DNA of 64,000 bases from an uncultured Mycoplasmatota bacterium (GCA_900547465.1 URHJ01000001.1:20341-84340), one strand, 5' to 3'. Shown: positions 40,667 through 51,882, counted from the stretch's first letter. Notes: a model not told the origin generated them from the sequence alone. Numbers and translations: made by a program.

Positions 40667-43600
40667 TTAGTCAATAGATTTTATAAAATTATCTAAAATA
40701 TAATCAAGCAATTCTGTTAAATAATATAGAGGATGTTTTTCGAGTTTGATAGTATCCAAAATTATTAACAAATTACTTCCTCTACTTTTAAACCTAAACA
40801 TAGGAGTAATCTTAAATGATTCCATAAATAAATCCTCAGTATCAAACTTTTCTACAACTTCCTTAGGAAAACATAATTCTATGTAATTTTTAGTTTGAAC
40901 AACACTTTTCAATCCAATTTTCAAAGCTTGTTTCTCAAACCACTCCTCATACATATAAATAACTAAGCTTTGATCTAATTTACCAAATCTATCTTCCAAT
41001 TCTCCCTTTATTTGATCTAGACTATGTTTAGAATCAACTTCATTAATTTTTTTATGAATTTCAATCTTTAATCCTTCATCACTTACATAACTATCATCAA
41101 TATGAGTAGAAACATTAATAAGAGGAACACTATTGTCATCATCTAAATCATCTAATGAAACATCTCTACCTTTTCTTCTTTCAACTTCAATATTTAACAT
41201 TTTCAAATACAAATCAATACCTACAGTATCTATAAAACCAGCTTGTTCACTTCCCAAGATATCTCCGGCACCTCTAATAGACAAATCCCTAGTAGCTATA
41301 GAAAATCCACTACCAAGTTCTGTAAATTCCTTTATAACGTTAAGTCTTTTAATAGCTGTTTCAGTTAATACCTTAGATTTATTATACATTAAATATGCAT
41401 AAGCAAACTTATTTGATCTACCAACCCTACCTCTAATTTGATATAGTTGACTAAGTCCAAAATGATCAGCATCTAAAACAATTAACGTATTAACATTAGG
41501 TATATCTATACCTGTTTCTATAATAGTCGTACAAACTAAAACATCAAACTCGTGTTTAATAAATCCAGTCATTTTATTTTCTAATTCAATCTTACTCATC
41601 TGCCCATGCGCAAATGAAACACTAGCATCAGGTACTAAACTCTTTATTTCATTAACTTTTCTTTCTATACTCTCAACTTTATTAAATAATATATATGTCT
41701 GGCCATTTCTAGATAACTCTTTATATATAGCATCTCTAATGATTTGCCTATTTTCTTCTACAACATAAGTCTGTATAGGATAACGATCAACAGGAGGCGT
41801 TTCAATTAAAGAAAGACTTCTCATCCCTACCATAGACATTTGTAAAGTTCTAGGAATAGGAGTAGCCGTTAATGTAAGAACGTCTACATTAGTTTTATAT
41901 TCCTTTATCTTCTCTTTATGTGTAACACCAAAACGTTGTTCCTCATCAACAACTAATAATCCTAAATCTTTAGGAACTATATCACTACTTAATAATCTAT
42001 GCGTACCAAAAATCAAATCAATGGTACCATCTTTTAAACCAGAAATAATATTATTAACTTCCTTTTTAGAAGTAAATCTATTTAGTAGAGCTATATTAAC
42101 AGGAAAATTTTTAAAACGTTTTAAAGCATTATCATAATGTTGACTGGACAAAATAGTAGTAGGACACAAAAATAAAACTTGTTTTGAATCCAATATTGCT
42201 TTAAAAGTAGCTCTAAATGCCACCTCTGTCTTACCGAATCCAACATCTCCACACAACAATCTATCCATAGGTGTAGCCTTCTCCATATCAAGTTTAATTT
42301 GATTAACTGCTATTTGTTGATCAGGAGTTAAAGTAAAACCACAATCATCCTCAAACTGTTCCATTAATTTATTGTCAGGACTAAAAGCAAAGCCTTTCTG
42401 CAATTCTCTCTCAGCATAAAGTTTAAGTAACTTATCAGCCATATCCGCAACTTTTTGTTTAACTCTATTTTTAGTCTTTTTCCAATCTATACCATCCATT
42501 TTATTAATTTTAGGAACAGAGCCATCTTTACCAACATACTTTGTAAGTAAATCTATCTTTTCAACAGGAATATAAAGCTTATCTTTTCCACTATATAATA
42601 CTTCCAAATAATCTTTACTTATATTATTCATTGTAAGTACTTTAATTCCATTATAGATACCTATACCATGAGAGTTATGAACTACATAATCACCAATTTC
42701 TAAATTATCAACATTTTTTATTTTAGAACCATATTTAAATTTAGTTTTATATTTTTTATTTGAGCTACTATCAATAAATAACTCATGTGAAGTAAGAATC
42801 ACAAAATCATCGCAAATAAATCCAGTTTGTAAACTAATATCAACTAAATTAACAAAACCTTTAGAAATATTATTAACATCAGTTTCTACTATCTTCATAT
42901 TTAAAAACTTTCTAATATTTCTAAATTTGGTTTTAGGAACACATATAACTACAGTTTTATTACTAGAAAGTTGTGCATTAATAAAGTTATTAATACTATC
43001 AATATTTTCATTAAACACAGAAATAGTAGATAAATTAACAGAAACTATATCATTTTTATCTATAAAACTAGACAAATTGTTAATATCTAAATAATAAAAA
43101 TATTCTTTTTCCTTAATATCATTCAAAGAAAACATATAATTACCATTAAATTCAGTATCCTTTTCAGTTTTATAATTGAAACATTCTTTTAATATCATAT
43201 CATTACTAACTTGCAACTGATTATAATCTTTAAAAGCCACAATTACATCTTCCATATACTCTGAAATATTTACAACATCACCATAATTAGGTAAATACTT
43301 TTGTTTAACTAAATCAAGATCCAATTGATCACTATCTACAACAAATTCTGTAAAAGGTCTTATTATAACTGACTTTAATTGTTCCTTAGATTTTTGCGTA
43401 GTAATAGAAAAAGAACGAATTGATTCAATAACATCACCAAAAAATTCTATTCTAACAGGATCATCATATCCTAATGGAAAAACATCAATAACAAATCCAC
43501 GAACTCCAACCTCACCAGTTTTTGTAACTATCGATTCCCTTTTATAACCAGAATTAATCAGCTTAGCAACCAACTTCTTAGGACTAATTTCATCACCAAT

Positions 43601-43996
43601 ATTAAAGTTACAAATTGCATTTTCAAATACAGATTTTTTAGGCAAAAATCGTAAATATCCCATCAAATTTGTAATAATTATTTTAGGAGTTAAAGAAATA
43701 GCTTGATTCAAAGTTTCAAGACGTGTAATTTCTAACTCTGGACTCATAGCAATAGCCTCACTAGTTAAAAAGTCATCCATCGGAAATAAAAAAACAGAAT
43801 CAGTATAACTTTCTAACGAAGAAAATAAATGGTTTGCTTCATAAAGAGAATTAGTAACAACCAATATATTTTTTTTATTTTCTATTAAAAGATTATATAA
43901 ATAGGCACAAAAAAACTCATCGGTAATTCCAGTTATACCCATGCCTTTTTTATAATCAATAGAAATCATATCCTGAAACAAATTCATTTTTATCAC
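40667..43996 (-). CDS. mfd: Transcription-repair coupling factor Mfd
   Basis: 1109 aa. UvrB-homology N-domain, RNAP-interaction domain, superfamily-2 helicase motifs (GDVGFGKTEVA, DEEQRFG). Confidence 0.9.
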   Translation of the reverse strand: MIKMNLFQDMISIDYKKGMGITGITDEFFCAYLYNLLIENKKNILVVTNSLYEANHLFSSLESYTDSVFLFPMDDFLTSEAIAMSPELEITRLETLNQAISLTPKIIITNLMGYLRFLPKKSVFENAICNFNIGDEISPKKLVAKLINSGYKRESIVTKTGEVGVRGFVIDVFPLGYDDPVRIEFFGDVIESIRSFSITTQKSKEQLKSVIIRPFTEFVVDSDQLDLDLVKQKYLPNYGDVVNISEYMEDVIVAFKDYNQLQVSNDMILKECFNYKTEKDTEFNGNYMFSLNDIKEKEYFYYLDINNLSSFIDKNDIVSVNLSTISVFNENIDSINNFINAQLSSNKTVVICVPKTKFRNIRKFLNMKIVETDVNNISKGFVNLVDISLQTGFICDDFVILTSHELFIDSSSNKKYKTKFKYGSKIKNVDNLEIGDYVVHNSHGIGIYNGIKVLTMNNISKDYLEVLYSGKDKLYIPVEKIDLLTKYVGKDGSVPKINKMDGIDWKKTKNRVKQKVADMADKLLKLYAERELQKGFAFSPDNKLMEQFEDDCGFTLTPDQQIAVNQIKLDMEKATPMDRLLCGDVGFGKTEVAFRATFKAILDSKQVLFLCPTTILSSQHYDNALKRFKNFPVNIALLNRFTSKKEVNNIISGLKDGTIDLIFGTHRLLSSDIVPKDLGLLVVDEEQRFGVTHKEKIKEYKTNVDVLTLTATPIPRTLQMSMVGMRSLSLIETPPVDRYPIQTYVVEENRQIIRDAIYKELSRNGQTYILFNKVESIERKVNEIKSLVPDASVSFAHGQMSKIELENKMTGFIKHEFDVLVCTTIIETGIDIPNVNTLIVLDADHFGLSQLYQIRGRVGRSNKFAYAYLMYNKSKVLTETAIKRLNVIKEFTELGSGFSIATRDLSIRGAGDILGSEQAGFIDTVGIDLYLKMLNIEVERRKGRDVSLDDLDDDNSVPLINVSTHIDDSYVSDEGLKIEIHKKINEVDSKHSLDQIKGELEDRFGKLDQSLVIYMYEEWFEKQALKIGLKSVVQTKNYIELCFPKEVVEKFDTEDLFMESFKITPMFRFKSRGSNLLIILDTIKLEKHPLYYLTELLDYILDNFIKSID

Positions 43997-44556
43997 CTAT
44001 TTTTTCTATTATATTTATTCATTAAAACATCAAATTCATCAACAAAAAAATCTGAAATTATAGATACTGTTTTATCCCTCACTGAATCTAAAATTTGTTG
44101 TTCAGAAGCAGAAAATCTACCAAGAACATAATCAACAACATCTTTTTTTTCACTCTTAGAGATTCCGATTTTCAATCTTTTATACTTATTAGAACCCAAA
44201 TGTAATTCAATATTTTTTAGTCCATTATGTCCACCACTACTACCAGAAGGTTTTAATTTAAAGTTTCCCAAAGACAAATCCATATCATCACTAACAACAA
44301 AGATATCGGATATAGATATTTTATAAAAATCTACAAACTTACGAACTACTTCACCAGACAAATTCATATAAGATTGTGGTTTTAAAAAAATAACATCAAA
44401 ATCATTTACTTTAGTTTTTAAATAAAGACCATTATATTTTTGTTTAAAAGCTCCCAGATTATTCTTTTCTACATAATTATCAATAACAGAAAAGCCAACA
44501 TTATGTCTAGTATTTTCATATTCTTTACCAGGATTACCAAGGCCTACAATTAATTT
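43993..44556 (-). CDS. pth: Peptidyl-tRNA hydrolase (start trimmed to MKLIVGLGNPG; the ORF extends to 44670)
   Basis: LIVGLGNPGKEY...HN(V)G Pth signature. The longer ORF start would overlap rsmI by about 100 bp. Confidence 0.8.
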   Translation of the reverse strand, partial: KLIVGLGNPGKEYENTRHNVGFSVIDNYVEKNNLGAFKQKYNGLYLKTKVNDFDVIFLKPQSYMNLSGEVVRKFVDFYKISISDIFVVSDDMDLSLGNFKLKPSGSSGGHNGLKNIELHLGSNKYKRLKIGISKSEKKDVVDYVLGRFSASEQQILDSVRDKTVSIISDFFVDEFDVLMNKYNRKNR

Positions 44557-44572
44557 CATATTATCACCACTA

Positions 44573-45424
44573 TTACTTACTTTCATCTTTAAAATCATTA
44601 TATTCTTTATAAACAATTGATTTAGATATTCCTCTTTCTTTCGCAACTTTCTTAAAAGCATCCATTTCACTTAAACCATCATCTAAATAAAGTTTAACAT
44701 GAGAAATAATATCAATATCTGAGAAATCTACTTGTTCAGTATTTCCCTCTACAATAAGAACAAACTCACCTTTTAATTTATCAAAATTTCCAAGGACCTC
44801 ATCTATAGTTCCTCTATATATTTCTTCATATAACTTAGAGATTTCTCTAGAAAGAGAAATATGTCTATTTCCAAATATTTTTCTCATATTTTCCAAAGTA
44901 TTAATAATACGATGAGGTGCTTCATAAAAAATCATCGTATATGGATAAAGTTTTAATGCTTCCAACTCCTGCTTCTGCTTACTATTTTTAGAATTTAAAA
45001 AACCATAAAATAAAAATTTAGAAGGGGCTATACCAGAAGAAATTAAAGCAGGAACAAATGCAGTCGCACCAGGTAAACCAATTACAGAATAACCATTATC
45101 TATAACTTCTTGAACAACTCTAAAACCAGGATCACTAATAATAGGACTTCCTTGATCAGTAACTAATCCCACTTTTAACCCATCTTTTATATATTTAACA
45201 ACATCATATTTAATACTATCTTCATTATATTCATGACAACTAATTAGTTTTTGTTTGATATCATACTTTTTTAATAAACTTCCAGTCACCCTAGTATCTT
45301 CACATAACAAAATATCTACTTCTCTTAATAGTTTAAGACTTCTTATAGTTATATCATCTAAATTACCTATTGGAGTGGGAATTAAATAAAGAGCATTTTC
45401 ATTTTTATAACTTTTTTGTAACAT
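44573..45424 (-). CDS. rsmI: 16S rRNA (cytidine1402-2'-O)-methyltransferase RsmI
   Basis: 283 aa, tetrapyrrole-methylase fold (LYLIPTPIGNLDDIT). yabC position. Confidence 0.85.
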   Translation of the reverse strand: MLQKSYKNENALYLIPTPIGNLDDITIRSLKLLREVDILLCEDTRVTGSLLKKYDIKQKLISCHEYNEDSIKYDVVKYIKDGLKVGLVTDQGSPIISDPGFRVVQEVIDNGYSVIGLPGATAFVPALISSGIAPSKFLFYGFLNSKNSKQKQELEALKLYPYTMIFYEAPHRIINTLENMRKIFGNRHISLSREISKLYEEIYRGTIDEVLGNFDKLKGEFVLIVEGNTEQVDFSDIDIISHVKLYLDDGLSEMDAFKKVAKERGISKSIVYKEYNDFKDESK

Positions 45425-45432
45425 AATAACAA

Positions 45433-46161
45433 CTACCTTTCAAAAAATAATTTTTCATATTGAACAGTTTTCTTTCCATTTTTATCATATAAAATAAAAG
45501 GTTCAAGTATCTTCATTCCATATTTGCCATTCTTAATTGCATAAACTAAAACTATACTAGCACAAGCATTAATATTATCATATACAAACTGAACCTTTTT
45601 TATAGAAAAATTATTTTGTTTACAAAGTAATACAATATACTCAAATTGACTAGCATCATATACAAAAAACAAACTACCATGATTTTTTAACAATCTAATT
45701 GCACTTTCAAACAATTCCTGAATATTTAAAGTCTCTTGATTTCTAGCTATTGACAATTGCGTTGTTTTATTAGCCTTGCCAAAATAATAAGGAGGATTAG
45801 AAACAACAACATCATACTTATTAAGTAATTCCTTCTTTTTAGAATAACATTTAATATCATCACAAACTAAATTAATTTTGTCTTCCATTGAATTATAATG
45901 AATAGTATCTCTAAATAACTCACATAATTCAGGTTGAATATCAATAGCATCAATTAATTTATTATTTTTTGTTGAAAGAATTAAAGAAACTATCCCTGTT
46001 CCAGATCCAATATCCAAAATTTTTTTATCAGTTAAACGAAGATCTACAAAATTAGCAAGTAACACACCATCAACAGAAAATTTAAAGTACTCATCATCTT
46101 GATAGATTTTCACATTTTCATATCCTAGCAAATCATTTAGCACTTTCATATAAACCCTCAC
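45433..46161 (-). CDS. N6-adenine-specific methyltransferase, YabB/TrmN6-like
   Basis: 242 aa. SAM motif ILDIGSGTG and NPPY (VVSNPPYY). Confidence 0.7.
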   Translation of the reverse strand: MRVYMKVLNDLLGYENVKIYQDDEYFKFSVDGVLLANFVDLRLTDKKILDIGSGTGIVSLILSTKNNKLIDAIDIQPELCELFRDTIHYNSMEDKINLVCDDIKCYSKKKELLNKYDVVVSNPPYYFGKANKTTQLSIARNQETLNIQELFESAIRLLKNHGSLFFVYDASQFEYIVLLCKQNNFSIKKVQFVYDNINACASIVLVYAIKNGKYGMKILEPFILYDKNGKKTVQYEKLFFER

Positions 46162-46942
46162 AAGGTATTTCTACATAATTTCCTTTAGATATTTCTAATT
46201 TACAAGTCTTTTTAAAAATATCAACACCAACAACCTTGCCAACACCAACATCAGTTTCAACATAAGAACCAATCTTAGGTAAATCTCTCTTCATCTCAGT
46301 ATATTGATCATTTTCATAATTAAGGCAACACAAAAGTCTACCACAAACACCATTTATTTTATTAGGATTCAATGCCAAAAACTGATTTTTTGCCATATTT
46401 ATAGAAACACTATTAAAATCAGTTAAAAACGTATTACAACATAAAAACAACCCACAAGGTCCAATTCCACCAACTAATTTAGCTTTATCTCTTACACCAA
46501 TTTGTCTAAGTTCAATTCTAGTTTTATATTTTTGTGCCAATTTTTTTGCAAGTTCTCTAAAATCTACCCTCTCATCAGATAAATAAGAGAAATATAATTG
46601 ACTTCTATCAAATGTATAACTAGCACTAATAAAATTCATAGATAATTTTAATGATTTAGCAATTTTCTTAGCTTCATTTAATGCTTCTTGAGAATCAAAA
46701 TTATTCTTATCAAATTGCTTCATATCATCAGTTTTTGCTAATCTAATAACTTTCTTTAGAGGTAAATCTAAATTATCTTTTTTTTCTTCAAATACATTAG
46801 TTTTACAAATACCTATTTCATATTTGCCCTCGTCCATTTCTACAACAACATACTTGCCCTTACAATTAGGAATAGAATCGGCAGAAAAATAATATATATT
46901 ATTAGAATATGAAAAAGAAACTGCCACTACTTTATACATCAT
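46133..46942 (-). CDS. ricT: PSP1-domain protein YaaT/RicT (stage 0 sporulation)
   Basis: 269 aa. Cys-rich PSP1 C-terminal region (GGIGPCGLFLCC.., GVCGRLLCC). Position after holB. Confidence 0.65.
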   Translation of the reverse strand: MMYKVVAVSFSYSNNIYYFSADSIPNCKGKYVVVEMDEGKYEIGICKTNVFEEKKDNLDLPLKKVIRLAKTDDMKQFDKNNFDSQEALNEAKKIAKSLKLSMNFISASYTFDRSQLYFSYLSDERVDFRELAKKLAQKYKTRIELRQIGVRDKAKLVGGIGPCGLFLCCNTFLTDFNSVSINMAKNQFLALNPNKINGVCGRLLCCLNYENDQYTEMKRDLPKIGSYVETDVGVGKVVGVDIFKKTCKLEISKGNYVEIPCEGLYESAK

Positions 46943-47828
46943 AAATCACCTCCATTAATTCGATAATAAAATTATGAAACCAAAGCTTACTATTTAAATT
47001 AAATTGAACATTTTCCTTATTTTTTTCAATCACAGACAAAAGATTAGATAACAAAACAGGTTCAAAATCAAGATTAAAGTCTAAAAACTTATCACTATTT
47101 ACCAAATTAGAACGAAGTATTTTAAATAACAATGTTTCTAAAATTTCAAGATTTTTAAATATTGCATTTTTATCATAAAAAATATTTTTCAAATAATAGT
47201 CAAATTCTATCAATAAATTATCAGGAGACTTCAATCCATTAACAAATTGAACAATGAACTCATCATATTGAGTATCATCATCTTCTTCTACATCAAGAGA
47301 TAAAATCTGACATCGTGATACCACAGTTTCTAAAACACGAAAGCGATTGCTGGCAACTAAAATAGCAATAATATTTTCTGGAGGCTCCTCTAAAAATTTT
47401 AAAATTGTATTTGCTGAAGAATCGTTCAAAGATTCAGCAGAATCTATAACATAAATCAATTTATTATCTAACATAGACTTTTTAGAATATTGATCTTCCA
47501 ATTGCAATAACTGTTCCTTTTTAATCCAATACCCATCTGGATTAATATACTTTAAATCAGGATAATTATCAGTATCAATAGCATGAGAAATAAATTCTTT
47601 AGAATCTTCATGATCAACATATAAAATCATTTTAATAAATTCCTTTAACACAGGCATATAGTCATTATTACCATTAGTTTCTAATAAGTATGCATGAGAA
47701 ATTTTATGTTCATCATTTATAGAATGATTGACAAATTCAAAAAACTTAGATTGTTTTTTTATTTTTTCATTCATACCATCACCTCTTAATAAGCTACAAA
47801 AGAATAATTTTAAATAATAATAACGCAA
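46932..47828 (-). CDS. holB: DNA polymerase III delta' subunit
   Basis: 298 aa, degenerate AAA+ clamp-loader fold (..HAYLLE..). The true start is probably MNEKIKK. Confidence 0.7.
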   Translation of the reverse strand: MRYYYLKLFFCSLLRGDGMNEKIKKQSKFFEFVNHSINDEHKISHAYLLETNGNNDYMPVLKEFIKMILYVDHEDSKEFISHAIDTDNYPDLKYINPDGYWIKKEQLLQLEDQYSKKSMLDNKLIYVIDSAESLNDSSANTILKFLEEPPENIIAILVASNRFRVLETVVSRCQILSLDVEEDDDTQYDEFIVQFVNGLKSPDNLLIEFDYYLKNIFYDKNAIFKNLEILETLLFKILRSNLVNSDKFLDFNLDFEPVLLSNLLSVIEKNKENVQFNLNSKLWFHNFIIELMEVIYDV

Positions 47829-47988
47829 CTAAACAAGGAACTCCTAAAAAAGCAACAGAAGTAACAGTAACCACATTAATAGGTATTACCATATTAAATT
47901 GACTAGCAATCAAATTATAACCATACAAAATAATATAACTCAATACTATTCTTTTCAATAAATTTAAAATTTTATTCATACCGTTCAC
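47794..47988 (-). CDS. bofA: Pro-sigma-K processing regulator BofA-like small membrane protein
   Basis: 64 aa. C-terminal half ..MVIPINVVTVTSVAFLGVPCLVALLLFKIIL aligns with B. subtilis BofA (..IHVPINLVTTAISGILGIPGIAALVVIKQFI). Position after recR. Confidence 0.6.
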   Translation of the reverse strand: MNGMNKILNLLKRIVLSYIILYGYNLIASQFNMVIPINVVTVTSVAFLGVPCLVALLLFKIILL

Positions 47989-48018
47989 CTCAATAAACAG
48001 TATGATTTTAATAATTTT

Positions 48019-48615
48019 TTATGCTACTTCTTTTCTATCATTTAAAGCTCTCTCCAAAGTTAAACTATCAATATACTCGATATCAGCCCCCATAGGAACT
48101 CCACTAGCTAATCTAGTTATTTTTATATCCAAATCACTCAATATTTTTCTTATATATAATGAAGTTGTTTCACCCTCAATACTAGGTTTGAAAGCAAAAA
48201 TAATTTCTTTAAAATCTTCATTTTTAATTCTATCAAGTAACTTAGCTAATCCAATATCTTCAGGATTAATACCATCTATAGGAGAAATTAAACCATCAAG
48301 AACATGATAATAACCATTGAAAACACCAACGCGTTCAAATAAAAATACACTTTTTGGATCTTCAACTACACACAAAACGTTTTTATTTCTATCCTCATTT
48401 GAACATATATAACAATAATCATTCTCAGTAAGATTATTACATTTTTTACACAAATGAACTTTATTCTTTACAGCTTTTAAACTATCAGAAAAAAATTCAA
48501 CATTATCTTCATCCATACCTAAAATGGAAAAGGCAAATCTTTCAGCGGTTTTTTCGCCTACACCTGATAATAATTTAAAAGACTCTATTAAATTCTTTAT
48601 ACTATCAGGATACAT
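48019..48615 (-). CDS. recR: Recombination protein RecR
   Basis: 198 aa. HhH motif (LPGVGEKTAER-like), C4 zinc finger, Toprim. Confidence 0.95.
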   Translation of the reverse strand: MYPDSIKNLIESFKLLSGVGEKTAERFAFSILGMDEDNVEFFSDSLKAVKNKVHLCKKCNNLTENDYCYICSNEDRNKNVLCVVEDPKSVFLFERVGVFNGYYHVLDGLISPIDGINPEDIGLAKLLDRIKNEDFKEIIFAFKPSIEGETTSLYIRKILSDLDIKITRLASGVPMGADIEYIDSLTLERALNDRKEVA

Positions 48616-48914
48616 TAAAACAACCCAGGCATAGAATTACCGAATTTTCCCATTTTCTCTTCAGTGCATTCATCAACTTTCTTAAACGCATCATTCATAG
48701 CTAATAAAATCATATCTTCTAACATTTCTAAATCATCAGCATCCATTTTAGCATCCTTATTTATCTCAACCTTTATAACCTCTTTAGTTCCTTTAACAGT
48801 TACTTTTACCAAAGAACTTTCACCAGTAAATTCTGTATTATCAATTTCACTTTTACTTGTCATCATATCCTTTTGTAATTTTTGTGCTTGTTTCATTAAA
48901 GCTTGCATATTCAT
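48615..48914 (-). CDS. ebfC: Nucleoid-associated protein YbaB/EbfC
   Basis: 99 aa. Starts MNMQALMKQAQKLQKDM. Position between dnaX and recR. Confidence 0.85.
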   Translation of the reverse strand: MNMQALMKQAQKLQKDMMTSKSEIDNTEFTGESSLVKVTVKGTKEVIKVEINKDAKMDADDLEMLEDMILLAMNDAFKKVDECTEEKMGKFGNSMPGLF

Positions 48915-48930
48915 AAAAAATCCCTCTTTT

Positions 48931-50661
48931 CTAATTAATTTCTACAATATCACCAAAGTCAGCAAAATTTGACTTTGACTCCTGCACCTCTGGAGTATCA
49001 ACTATAGTTTTCGCCTCAACAACAGGTTCTTCTTCTATTTTATATTTATTTCCGCTTTTTGTAAATTCTATATATTTCTTTTTCTCATTTTCCCATTCTT
49101 CATCAGTAATAAATACTATTTTTTTATCAGTTGTAGTAATTTTACTATATACTTCCATAATAGATTCTAAATTATTTAAATTTTGATCAACAACTGACTG
49201 ATATTCATAACTAATAATCATACCATTTTCACTAGAAGCACGTAACGTTCCATTTAGAATCTCTGAAACTATATAACCAATTTTTTGATCAAAAACATAA
49301 TCATTTAAACCATTAATTTTCGCTAAATCAGCATTTTTTTCTACCTTGGAAGCAAGAGCTAATACATTGTGAACCCTAACACTCATCAATTTATGTAAAT
49401 AATCTAAATCAGATTCTACAGCATTAATACCAATAGAAACATTTTTTTCTTCATTAACCGATTCATCAACATTGATTGAATCATCAATACTATTAGGTTC
49501 ATCATTCACTTTATCAACACTATCAGACCCACCATCCACCTCAGCAATAGAATTTTCATTAACACTAGTACTACTATTTCCCAAAGATTCATCATTACTA
49601 ATTATTTCCCGGGAAATAATTTTATTACTATTACCTATTGAATTAATATAATCCAATAATAATATTTCAACATATATATAAGGTTTAGAAGCCTTCTTTA
49701 ATTCGAACATATTTTCGTTTAATTTTACTAAAAGTTTTTCAGTCCTATAGACATCGATATTAGTACCAGACAAATAGTAATCGACAATTTTATCTTTAAG
49801 AAAGATTAGAAATTGATTCATAATTTCCACAATATTTTTACCTGAAGCATAAAATTTATCTAACTTTAATATCATTTGTTTTATATCATTAGATATAATA
49901 ATCTTATAAAAATCTTCCAAATCAGACTTTGAAATCATATCATTTATCTCATAAAAGTCTTCAACAGTTATCTTACCATTTTTATAAGAAGATAACTTAT
50001 CCAATGTACTTAGTGAATCTCTCAGACCACCATCAGAATAAATAGAAATTTGTTTTAATGTTTCATCATCTATTTCTATCTTTTCAAGATCTGATATTTC
50101 ACGTAATCTATTAACATTACAATCATCAGAAATACGTTTAAATGAAAAGCATTGACATCTAGATATAATAGTACTAGAAACTTTCTGAGGATCAGTAGTA
50201 GCAAGTATAAAAATAACATGCTTAGGAGGTTCCTCTAAAGTCTTTAAAAGAGCATTAAAAGCACCAGCTGTCAACATATGAACCTCGTCTATAATATATA
50301 CTTTATACTTAAGACTATTAGGAACCAAATTAACTTTACTCTTTATTTCTCTTATTTCATCAACACCATTATTAGAAGCAGCATCAATTTCAATAATATC
50401 AACACATTCTTTTTCAGCAGAAGCAATACAACTATCACACTTTTCACAGGGATTACCATTAGAGTTATTAGTACAATTAACCGCCCTAGCAAATATTTTA
50501 GCAACAGTAGTTTTTCCAATACCACGTGGACCAAAAAACATATAAGCATGGCTAATTTTATCATTCAAAATAGAGTTTTTTAATGTTTCTATAATATACT
50601 TTTGATCAACCACATCATCAAATGATTTTGGTCTATATTTTCTATATAAAGCTTGATACAT
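48931..50661 (-). CDS. dnaX: DNA polymerase III subunits gamma/tau
   Basis: 576 aa. Walker A GPRGIGKTT, zinc module CEKCDSC. Confidence 0.9.
   Translation of the reverse strand: MYQALYRKYRPKSFDDVVDQKYIIETLKNSILNDKISHAYMFFGPRGIGKTTVAKIFARAVNCTNNSNGNPCEKCDSCIASAEKECVDIIEIDAASNNGVDEIREIKSKVNLVPNSLKYKVYIIDEVHMLTAGAFNALLKTLEEPPKHVIFILATTDPQKVSSTIISRCQCFSFKRISDDCNVNRLREISDLEKIEIDDETLKQISIYSDGGLRDSLSTLDKLSSYKNGKITVEDFYEINDMISKSDLEDFYKIIISNDIKQMILKLDKFYASGKNIVEIMNQFLIFLKDKIVDYYLSGTNIDVYRTEKLLVKLNENMFELKKASKPYIYVEILLLDYINSIGNSNKIISREIISNDESLGNSSTSVNENSIAEVDGGSDSVDKVNDEPNSIDDSINVDESVNEEKNVSIGINAVESDLDYLHKLMSVRVHNVLALASKVEKNADLAKINGLNDYVFDQKIGYIVSEILNGTLRASSENGMIISYEYQSVVDQNLNNLESIMEVYSKITTTDKKIVFITDEEWENEKKKYIEFTKSGNKYKIEEEPVVEAKTIVDTPEVQESKSNFADFGDIVEIN
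49603..49618. promoter_or_regulatory. Noc-binding-site (NBS) palindrome inside dnaX
   Basis: TATTTCCCGGGAAATA, a perfect 16-bp palindrome, extended to the 20-bp palindrome ATTATTTCCCGGGAAATAAT at 49601-49620. Confidence 0.5.
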
Positions 50662-50708
50662 AATACATCATTCCTTCGCTAATAGTATAACATATATCAA
50701 CTAAAATA

Positions 50709-51170
50709 TCATTTTTCAACAACTTTATTTCTATTTTTTTGAAAAAAACTTTCCACAAGTTCAATATAGTTATAATTATCATTAACTTTTTCCACAACAA
50801 CGCCTTTATTTAAGTCATTACTACAAAAGATCCCCTTAGAAATACTATTATTATAATTATCCACAATATAATAAACTTTACTAATTCTAGACTGTTTTAT
50901 AGCACTTGCACACATAGGGCAAGGAAACATAGTTACATACATTTCACATTCATTTAAACGCCAATTTTTCAATTTCGCACAAGTTTTTTTGATAGCAATA
51001 ATTTCTGCATGATAAATTGCACACTTCTTTTTTTCTTTTATATTAAAACTTCTAGCAATTATCCTTCCCTTATAAACAATAACACACCCAACAGGAATTT
51101 CATCTCTAAGATATGCCTTTTTTGCCTCATTTATTGCAATATTCATATATTTATCATTCATTTTCTTCAC
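50709..51170 (-). CDS. tadA: tRNA-specific adenosine deaminase TadA
   Basis: 153 aa. HAE and PCxxC zinc motifs (HAEIIAI, PCPMCA). Confidence 0.85.
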   Translation of the reverse strand: MKKMNDKYMNIAINEAKKAYLRDEIPVGCVIVYKGRIIARSFNIKEKKKCAIYHAEIIAIKKTCAKLKNWRLNECEMYVTMFPCPMCASAIKQSRISKVYYIVDNYNNSISKGIFCSNDLNKGVVVEKVNDNYNYIELVESFFQKNRNKVVEK

Positions 51171-51327
51171 AACCTAACATTTTTTTATAAAAAAAGATGC
51201 ACATGAGAGTTGATTGTTAAAGCTGCTATCTTCCGATTCTGACTTGATTCCAATACACTCATTGCATCTATTACATTTTATTACATTTTTAATCATAATT
51301 CAATAAAAACATTCAAAACATTTTATA

Positions 51328-51343
51328 TGTTTCACGTGAAACA
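51328..51343. promoter_or_regulatory. parS site 1 (perfect consensus)
   Basis: TGTTTCACGTGAAACA. The flanking bases extend it to the 18-bp palindrome ATGTTTCACGTGAAACAT. Confidence 0.7.
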
Positions 51344-51413
51344 TCAAATATTATTAAATTTAATAAAAAAAAAGATTAATTTTAGTTAAAAAAAAGCAAA
51401 TTCATTTTTATCT

Positions 51414-51422
51414 TGTGGAAAA
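51414..51422. promoter_or_regulatory. DnaA-box-like 9-mer next to parS site 2
   Basis: TGTGGAAAA, the complement of TTTTCCACA, which is the box variant also found at the dnaA-rpmH origin. It lies 5 bp upstream of parS site 2. Confidence 0.45.
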
Positions 51423-51427
51423 AACAA

Positions 51428-51443
51428 TGTTTCACGTGAAACA
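51428..51443. promoter_or_regulatory. parS site 2 (perfect)
   Basis: TGTTTCACGTGAAACA, exactly 100 bp from site 1. Confidence 0.7.
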
Positions 51444-51803
51444 TTTAAATAATTTTTTAAATCAATATCACTTTATAATCCGTAAAAATAACAAATAAAT
51501 TAATAAATAATAACCAATCACTATAATTCAAGAAAATAAAGTGTTTATTTTATAATAAATACAAATAATAAAATAAATAGTTAAATCTCATAATATAAAA
51601 CACATCAGATTGTTAATAAACAACTTCTGTTTATAAATTTAACAATTATTTTTCACATTTTAATGTAAAAATAGATAAATACAATTTAAAATATAAAATA
51701 AATGAACTACCATATTTTCAATTATTGCAAATAATAATAATTCAAAAAAAGTAGTAAATAAAGATTAAAAATTCTATAAAGGATTATTTTTACTCAACAA
51801 AAA

Positions 51804-51819
51804 AGTTTCACGTGAAACA
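51804..51819. promoter_or_regulatory. parS site 3 (15/16)
   Basis: AGTTTCACGTGAAACA. Confidence 0.6.
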
Positions 51820-51882
51820 TAATACATTTATATTATATACTCACCATCATATCATAAATAAATACAATATATTTTTTAACCT